A stretch of 64,000 nt of DNA from a virus. The DNA is taken from the IMG/VR virus record IMGVR_UViG_3300025424_000009; one strand, given 5' to 3'. Under the pieces are notes generated by a model. The model was not told the DNA's origin. It saw only the letters and a program-made list of their open reading frames with translations, and ran no database searches. Shown here one piece after another: positions 58,232 through 64,000 of the stretch. Numbering within the stretch: the stretch's first letter is position 1; every line of letters starts with the position of its first letter. Made by a program: the position numbers and the translations under genes.

Positions 58232-59551
58232 ATGACAATGAAAAATCTATCTGCATACGGATATGACTTCCGTGTGAAGGTAATATACAGTATAATAACC
58301 TCAAAAGAGTTCCTACAGAATGTAGCAGACATAATAGACTCAGAGCATTTTGAATCTGTTTCTCAACGGTGGATAATTGATAAGACTATTGCATACTTTA
58401 ATAAGTATAATACCTATCCAACCATGAACTTCTTTAAGATAGAAATAAAGAAGCTTACTGATAAGATATTATCTATAGCAGTGTTTGAAGAGCTTAAGAA
58501 AGCTTACGAATGTGAAGATAAAGATCTTGACTATGTACAAGAAGAATTTCATAAATTCTGTGCCATCCAAAAGGTTAAAGCAGCTTTACTATCTTCTGTA
58601 GACATGCTAGATGCAGGTTCAGATACAGATGATATAGCAACGGTGGTTACTAAAGCAGTTACTGCCGGTAAACCTAAAGATAAAATACACATCTACGAGA
58701 AGGATGTAGAATCTAGGTATAGAGAAGATGCTCGTAACCCTATCCCCTTCCCATGGAAGACGCTTACAGATAATACTCAAGGTGGTATGGGTGGTGGAGA
58801 CCTTATTGTACCTGTCTCTGGACCTAAAGGAGGTAAATCTTGGATATGTATAGCATCAGCAGCATATGCAGCTACACTAGGACATAACGTAATGTATTAT
58901 AGCCTAGAACTATCAGAAGACTATGTAGGCAAAAGATTTGATGCCTTCTTCACCAATATAGATGTAGACCAACTAAAAGGTAATACAGAGTTAATTGCCA
59001 AAAAGATTAGTGAAATAAAAGGCCGGATACGTATTAAAAAATACCCACCAGGTAAAACAACCCTTTCTCAAATTGAGAATCATCTAAGAAGAATGAAGAC
59101 TCAAGAAGACTACATACCACATTTTGTTGTAATAGACTATCTAGAAAAGCTCGGCAATCCTAAAAACAGAAAAGACAAGAATGAAGACGCATCAGATATC
59201 TTCACAGAGGCAAAAGGCCTAGCTGAGATATTAAACGTACCTCTTATGTCTCCTGCACAGGCAAACAGAACAGCAGAGGGGTTAGATGTGATAAAGGGTC
59301 AGCACCTTGCTGGTACCTATGAAAAGTTCATGATTGCTGATATTATCTTCACAGTAGCTAAGAAAACTAATATATGGTACATAATGGGTAACAGATACGG
59401 AGAAGATGATATATGTTACAGATCCACCTTTGACCGTAAGACAGGTCATATTGTAATTGACTCAGAACCATATGATCCAGATGGGGAGGTAGACCTTACT
59501 AACCCAGACACCAAACAACGAATGACACAAAAGTTCAGAAAGTTAGAATAA
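58232..59551 (+). CDS. dnaB: replicative helicase (DnaB / T4 gp41-like)
   Basis: SGPKGGKS Walker A, YYSLELSE, IKKYPPG, VIDYL, PAQANR. Confidence 0.88.
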   Translation: MTMKNLSAYGYDFRVKVIYSIITSKEFLQNVADIIDSEHFESVSQRWIIDKTIAYFNKYNTYPTMNFFKIEIKKLTDKILSIAVFEELKKAYECEDKDLDYVQEEFHKFCAIQKVKAALLSSVDMLDAGSDTDDIATVVTKAVTAGKPKDKIHIYEKDVESRYREDARNPIPFPWKTLTDNTQGGMGGGDLIVPVSGPKGGKSWICIASAAYAATLGHNVMYYSLELSEDYVGKRFDAFFTNIDVDQLKGNTELIAKKISEIKGRIRIKKYPPGKTTLSQIENHLRRMKTQEDYIPHFVVIDYLEKLGNPKNRKDKNEDASDIFTEAKGLAEILNVPLMSPAQANRTAEGLDVIKGQHLAGTYEKFMIADIIFTVAKKTNIWYIMGNRYGEDDICYRSTFDRKTGHIVIDSEPYDPDGEVDLTNPDTKQRMTQKFRKLE

Positions 59552-59581
59552 ATATAAGAACATTCTACACGAATAAAAACT

Positions 59582-59589
59582 ATATTTAT
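59582..59589 (+). promoter_or_regulatory. ATATTTAT motif upstream of nrdJ
   Basis: Intergenic occurrence of the recurrent motif. Confidence 0.4.
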
Positions 59590-59632
59590 TAACCCTTCGA
59601 TATTGGAGGAATGAAAAATTAATACAATACAC

Positions 59633-62600
59633 ATGACGGATTTAGGATTGGAGGCGTTATCTAAAACAGTGACGTTTACCAAGTATGCAAAGTATATCCC
59701 AGAGTTAAAGAGAAGAGAGTCTTGGGAGGAAATAGTTGATAGATATACAGTTATGATGATGAAAAAGTATCCTCAGTTAAGACCTGAGATACTTAAGAAT
59801 TCACAGTTTATTTTAGATAAGAAGGTACTACCTTCTATGAGGGCATTGCAGTTTGCAGGCCCTGCTATAGAGACTAACCCAGCTAGGGCGTTCAATTGTT
59901 GTTTTTTACCTATAGATAGTTACCATTCTTTTAGTGAGACAATGTTCCTTTTATTAGGAGGGACTGGAGTAGGATATTCAGTACAAAAGCAAGATGTAGA
60001 AAAATTATTACCGATAGTTAAACCTACAAAAGAAAGAAATTATTTAATAGAGGATTCAATAATGGGTTGGGCTGATGCTGTAAAAGTATTAATGAAGTCT
60101 TATATGTGTGGAAAGCCTTTACCTAAATTTGATTTTAGTGCTATTAGAGAGAAGGGTGCACGACTTGTCACAGCAGGGGGAAAAGCTCCAGGACCTGAAC
60201 CTTTGAAGATTTGTTTGCAAAATATAAAGACCATACTAGACAGAAAAAAAGACGGTGATAAACTAACACCACTAGAATGTCACGACATACTTTGTCATAT
60301 TGCTAACTCTGTTTTAGCTGGGGGTATCAGAAGGAGCGCATTGATATGTCTTTTTTCTGATGATGATTTAAGTATGATTGAATGTAAATCTTCTAATATA
60401 TCTTCTACAATTATTAGTAAAGAGCACCCTAAGTATACTAGTAAAAATGGTTTAGAGGAAGATATTACTAAATATATTTTAACTGTAAAGCAAGGTGATA
60501 TAATTTACAAAGATGTAGTATTACATGCAGATTCTAAGACTGGTAAGTTTTTTGATTTAGACCAATACGATTATGATCAAACTTTAGGTTGGTGGGTTTG
60601 TAACGAACAAAGAGGTAGATCTAATAACAGTGCAGTATTAAAGAGAGGGGAGTATAGTAAAGAGAATTTTCTAAAGCTTTGGAAGAAAATAGAGAATAGT
60701 GGTAGTGGAGAGCCTGGTATATATTGGACTAACAATACCTCTTGGGGGACGAATCCTTGTTGTTTTACTGCTGATACAAAAATATTAACACCTACTGGTT
60801 ATGTGAAAATAGGTGATAATGTAGGTTCATTAGATTTAATAAATAAGGATGGAGAGATTATAAATGGAAGTATTTGGTCTAACGGATTTAAAGATGTTGT
60901 AGAGGTTAAAGGTTCACAAGGATTTAAAGTTAGATGTACTTCTGACCACAGGTTTATGCTAAGTACAGGAGAGGAATGTCAAGCAAAAGATCTTGTAGGA
61001 AAGAGAATAATGCCGTACTTCAGTATTAATAAGGAAATTAATGAATTTGTTAAATATGGCTTTATACAAGGAGATGGAGGTTTAGGTAGACTTGATTCTA
61101 TTTCACATAAAGGCTTAGAGGTAAATATAGGTGATAAGGATGATGATATAATAGAGTTATTTGAAGTAATTAGAGAAGTGGGTAAGCGTTCTTACTATTT
61201 AAATGGATTTAATGAAGTATTAAGATCTTTACAGTTTGATACTAATTCTTTACCAAATAGAGGTTTTCCTAAAACTTTTAATAGTTGGTTGGATAAAGAT
61301 AAGTTGATGTTCTTAAAAGGTATGTATTCTGCTAATGGAAGTATTATAAAAAGTTCTAGGATATCTTACAAAACAACAAGTAAAGCCTTATCCGAACAAC
61401 TGTTAGATACTTTAACTTATTTTGGTATATCGGCTTACATCACAACTAACAAAGAAAAAGAAGTAGAATTCAGCAATGGAAACTATACATGTAAAGAATC
61501 TTATGATATCAATATATGTAAATACGAAAGTGTTATTAGATTTGCAGAGTTAATAGGATTTGTACATTTGTATAAGCAAGTATCTTTATCTAACTTGATT
61601 AAAGAAAAAGCACCTAAGATATCATCCGTAAAATCTACTGGTAGTGAAGAAGTATTTGATTTTAATCTAGATGATGATACTCATTGGGGTGTAGTTGAGG
61701 GTGTTGTTGTACATAATTGTGAGATAGCTCTAAGACCATTCCAATTTTGTAATCTATGTGAGATAAATGTAGATAATATTACTAGTCAAGAAGATTTAAA
61801 TGAAAGAGCTATTATAGCTGGATTCTTTGGTACATTACAAGCAGGATTCACTAAGTTTCATTATTTAAGACCTATATGGCAGAAGACTACTGAGAAAGAC
61901 GCTTTACTTGGAGTAGGTATGACAGGGATAGGTAGTGGTAAAGTATTAAAGTATAATTTACAAGAAGCTGTAGATTGTGTAAAAGCTGTAAATAAAGAAG
62001 TATCTGCAATCATAGGCACTAACGAAGCAGCTAGAACAGCCTGTGTTAAGCCGGCAGGAACAACTTCCTGTGTACTAAAATGCAGTAGTGGTATACATGC
62101 TTGGCATGATGATTATTATCTCAGAACGTTAAGGTTTAATATGAATGAGGATATAGCCAAATTCTTTTTAGAAAACCATCCTGAATTTTGTGAGTTAGAT
62201 GCAGCTAAACCTAAAGATACTCTTTGCGTTAGGTTTCCTATAAAAGCTCCGGAAGGTTCTATATTTAGAACTGAGACAGCCTTGGATACTTTAGAAAGAG
62301 TTAAAAAGTTTTCATTAGAGTGGGTTAGACCAGGACATAACAATGGAGATAATACACATAATGTCTCAGCTACTATTTCTATTGATAAATCTAGATTATA
62401 TGATAATAAAGATGAATGGGAAGTTGTAGGAGAATGGATGTGGAATAACCAAGAGTTTTATAATGGGTTGTCAGTATTACCTTACTTTGGAGGTACTTAC
62501 AAACAAGCCCCTTTTGAAACTATTACAAAGGAAGAATATGAATTGAGATCTTCAACACTAAAAGATATAGATTTAACTAGAGTAATAGAAGAAGATGATT

Positions 62601-62659
62601 TAGTGGACTTTAGTCAAACCAGTGCTTGTGCTTCTGGAAATTGTGAGATTAATGTATAA
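59633..62659 (+). CDS. nrdJ: class II (B12-dependent, monomeric RTPR-type) ribonucleotide reductase with intein; 689 aa after splicing
   Basis: LPSMRALQFAG, FNCCF, GGTGVG, GGIRRSA, GSGEPG, TNPC/CEI, LGVGMTG, VKPAGTTS, GLSVLP, C-terminal CASGNC. Confidence 0.9.
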   Translation: MTDLGLEALSKTVTFTKYAKYIPELKRRESWEEIVDRYTVMMMKKYPQLRPEILKNSQFILDKKVLPSMRALQFAGPAIETNPARAFNCCFLPIDSYHSFSETMFLLLGGTGVGYSVQKQDVEKLLPIVKPTKERNYLIEDSIMGWADAVKVLMKSYMCGKPLPKFDFSAIREKGARLVTAGGKAPGPEPLKICLQNIKTILDRKKDGDKLTPLECHDILCHIANSVLAGGIRRSALICLFSDDDLSMIECKSSNISSTIISKEHPKYTSKNGLEEDITKYILTVKQGDIIYKDVVLHADSKTGKFFDLDQYDYDQTLGWWVCNEQRGRSNNSAVLKRGEYSKENFLKLWKKIENSGSGEPGIYWTNNTSWGTNPCCFTADTKILTPTGYVKIGDNVGSLDLINKDGEIINGSIWSNGFKDVVEVKGSQGFKVRCTSDHRFMLSTGEECQAKDLVGKRIMPYFSINKEINEFVKYGFIQGDGGLGRLDSISHKGLEVNIGDKDDDIIELFEVIREVGKRSYYLNGFNEVLRSLQFDTNSLPNRGFPKTFNSWLDKDKLMFLKGMYSANGSIIKSSRISYKTTSKALSEQLLDTLTYFGISAYITTNKEKEVEFSNGNYTCKESYDINICKYESVIRFAELIGFVHLYKQVSLSNLIKEKAPKISSVKSTGSEEVFDFNLDDDTHWGVVEGVVVHNCEIALRPFQFCNLCEINVDNITSQEDLNERAIIAGFFGTLQAGFTKFHYLRPIWQKTTEKDALLGVGMTGIGSGKVLKYNLQEAVDCVKAVNKEVSAIIGTNEAARTACVKPAGTTSCVLKCSSGIHAWHDDYYLRTLRFNMNEDIAKFFLENHPEFCELDAAKPKDTLCVRFPIKAPEGSIFRTETALDTLERVKKFSLEWVRPGHNNGDNTHNVSATISIDKSRLYDNKDEWEVVGEWMWNNQEFYNGLSVLPYFGGTYKQAPFETITKEEYELRSSTLKDIDLTRVIEEDDLVDFSQTSACASGNCEINV
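60761..61717 (+). mobile_element. intein in NrdJ (319 aa) with LAGLIDADG endonuclease
   Basis: Starts CFTADTKI, block B CTSDHRF, ends GVVVHN followed by Cys; YGFIQGDG and FLKGMYSANG motifs; removal restores TNPC-CEI. Confidence 0.92.
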
Positions 62660-62665
62660 ATACTT

Positions 62666-62734
62666 ATGACTCATGACTACCTAGTCCAGAATATCATTAA
62701 TGGTATATACCACTGGATACGAATACATAGATAA
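62666..62734 (+). CDS. possible 22-aa micropeptide
   Basis: MTHDYLVQNIINGIYHWIRIHR between nrdJ stop and its terminator. Confidence 0.25.
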   Translation: MTHDYLVQNIINGIYHWIRIHR

Positions 62735-62741
62735 ACATTAA

Positions 62742-62773
62742 CCCCTTGCCCCACCAGGCAGGGGATTTTTTTT
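62742..62773 (+). terminator. intrinsic terminator after nrdJ
   Basis: CCCTTGCC-CCACCA-GGCAGGGG stem followed by A and T8. Confidence 0.85.
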
Positions 62774-62782
62774 AAAGAAATA

Positions 62783-62813
62783 TTTGGTGATATCAAAAAC
62801 ATTCTTATCTTTG
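62783..62813 (+). promoter_or_regulatory. Bacteroidota-type sigma70 promoter
   Basis: TTTG (62783) - 19 nt - TATCTTTG (62806..62813). Confidence 0.7.
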
Positions 62814-62833
62814 TGTTCTAAAATATAAAAGTT

Positions 62834-63049
62834 ATGGGAGTATTTGTTTTAATTGCAGTAGCAATCGTAAGTTTCGGTCTTATTTTTCAGTCCTCGTTAC
62901 CTATCTTACAATGGGAGCCAGAGGGATGGCCTAAATGGCTAGTAGTAACATTAAAAGTATTAGGTATAACTATCCTTACTATATTCATTATAGTAGGTGG
63001 TATCTGTGCTGCAATCATCGGAGGAGGTTTTGATTCAAATAAAAAGTAA
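62834..63049 (+). CDS. small two-helix membrane protein
   Basis: 71 aa, two hydrophobic segments. Confidence 0.6.
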   Translation: MGVFVLIAVAIVSFGLIFQSSLPILQWEPEGWPKWLVVTLKVLGITILTIFIIVGGICAAIIGGGFDSNKK

Positions 63050-63058
63050 AAATATATT

Positions 63059-63259
63059 ATGAGAACAGCACGAGAAATTGTAAATGAAGTACATATGGAA
63101 TGTAGTTTTTATAATTGCCAAAGCTGGCAGATAATATCTGCACTATCTGTTGAGAGAGGTGTTAAAGAATGTATAGAAGATATTATAGAAAAGCTACATG
63201 ATATAGAAACTATATCTGAATTAAAAACATTTATTAGTAAATTAGAAACAATAGTATGA
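63059..63259 (+). CDS. small hypothetical protein
   Basis: 66-aa ORF. Confidence 0.5.
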   Translation: MRTAREIVNEVHMECSFYNCQSWQIISALSVERGVKECIEDIIEKLHDIETISELKTFISKLETIV

Positions 63260-63474
63260 GTAAAATAAAACATTTTAAGTATGTTGATAGACCTTCTTTA
63301 GCAGAGTTATATATTGACTTAGAAAGAGGAGAAACTTGTTATGCAACAAGAACAGAAGATGAAGTTATTAATGGTATTTTAGATTATAATAATAACGAGT
63401 TTAAAACCCTTGCTATATTCTACCCTAAAGGAGAAAGACCTAATTGTTTACCTCACCCAGTTAATAAAAAGTAA
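63256..63474 (+). CDS. small hypothetical protein
   Basis: 72-aa ORF with ATGA overlap. Confidence 0.5.
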   Translation: MSKIKHFKYVDRPSLAELYIDLERGETCYATRTEDEVINGILDYNNNEFKTLAIFYPKGERPNCLPHPVNKK

Positions 63475-63499
63475 ATAGTATAATACAAAATAAACAAAC

Positions 63500-64000
63500 A
63501 TGGAAGTAAAATTTAAAAAAACACTAGACGTACCTACCCCTATCTATGCAACAGATGGCGCAGCAGCAATTGATTTATATGCAGGTACAAAACCTGAATG
63601 GGATATAAAGGGACAATACTACGAATACGACACAGGGATAGCACTTAGTATCCCTTCTGGCTATGGAGCATTACTCCTTCCCAGAAGTTCCATAAGCACT
63701 AGAAATCTAATGTTTGCCAATACGATTGGACTAGGAGATCCAGATTTCAGGGGGTCGTTAAAGGTTCGTGTTAAGTCTATTGATAGAGATTATCACTTAT
63801 ATGATAAGGGAGAAAGAATAGCTCAACTACTTATCATCCCTTGCCCTAAAATTACACTTACAGAAGTAGAAGAGTTAGACAGCACTGATAGAGGAGAAGG
63901 GGGGTTTGGCAGTACTGGGACTAAAGAACAGCTTAAAGTAGGTGATGAAGTAAAAGTAACGCTTGATTGTGAAGGTGTAACTGAAGGTAAAATATATACC
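63500..64000 (+). CDS. dut: trimeric dUTPase, 3'-truncated at window edge, with C-terminal extension
   Basis: Read manually: AAAIDLYA (motif 1), PRSS (2), GLGDPDFRG (3), GERIAQL (4), RGEGGFGSTG (5); frame stays open to 64000. Confidence 0.88.
   Translation, partial: MEVKFKKTLDVPTPIYATDGAAAIDLYAGTKPEWDIKGQYYEYDTGIALSIPSGYGALLLPRSSISTRNLMFANTIGLGDPDFRGSLKVRVKSIDRDYHLYDKGERIAQLLIIPCPKITLTEVEELDSTDRGEGGFGSTGTKEQLKVGDEVKVTLDCEGVTEGKIYT

Noticed and set aside
58805-58850. Helicase Walker A SGPKGGKS looked atypical
   Set aside because: It aligns with T4 gp41-type AGVNVGKS spacing; no anomaly
1046-62343. Numerous minus-strand ORFs of 60-132 aa in the ORF track (e.g. 3627..3875, 12797..13108, 14937..15281, 51701..52099)
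   Set aside because: All lie antisense to longer, motif-bearing plus-strand genes and have the Ser/Phe/Leu-rich composition expected from the reverse of K/E-rich codons; no promoter or family motifs support them
1-64000. Alternative genetic code (TAG/TGA reassignment), common in some large phages
   Set aside because: Long conserved genes are intact under code 11, and TAG (MCP, phoH) and TGA serve as genuine stops followed by new starts or terminators
1-64000. CRISPR array
   Set aside because: No regularly spaced direct repeats of 25-45 nt seen

Overview
AT-rich 64-kb segment of a large T4-like (contractile-tail) dsDNA phage genome, with all credible genes on the + strand. 1-47.8 kb is the virion module: terminase, portal, prohead protease, scaffold, major capsid, PhoH, neck/tail completion, tail fibres, sheath, tube, tail chaperone, tape measure and baseplate. 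47.8-64 kb is the replication/nucleotide module: short family A polymerase, gp32-like SSB, RecA/UvsX, 5'-3' exonuclease, dNTP diphosphohydrolase-HAD fusion, DnaB/gp41 helicase, class II RNR and dUTPase. The host is inferred to be Bacteroidota from TTTG-N19/20-TAnnTTTG promoters and A-rich, SD-less start regions. Notable points: (i) two candidate programmed frameshifts, -1 at T TTA AAA (11688) joining two head-region ORFs and +1 at TTT TTT T (39015) in the tail chaperone upstream of the tape measure gene; (ii) a portal gene with two inteins carrying different endonucleases (LAGLIDADG and HNH), a third intein in NrdJ and two free-standing homing endonucleases; (iii) a truncated, probably catalytically dead terminase-ATPase paralog next to TerL; (iv) a recurrent ATATTTAT putative late promoter, with a 33-nt extended version followed by covarying hairpins; (v) an ORF-less host promoter-terminator unit that may make a small RNA complementary to those late leaders; (vi) a structured RNA locus with a degenerate tRNA-Thr. 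No CRISPR array, reverse transcriptase/DGR or stop-codon recoding is evident. Product names come from motif recognition by eye; no database search was run.
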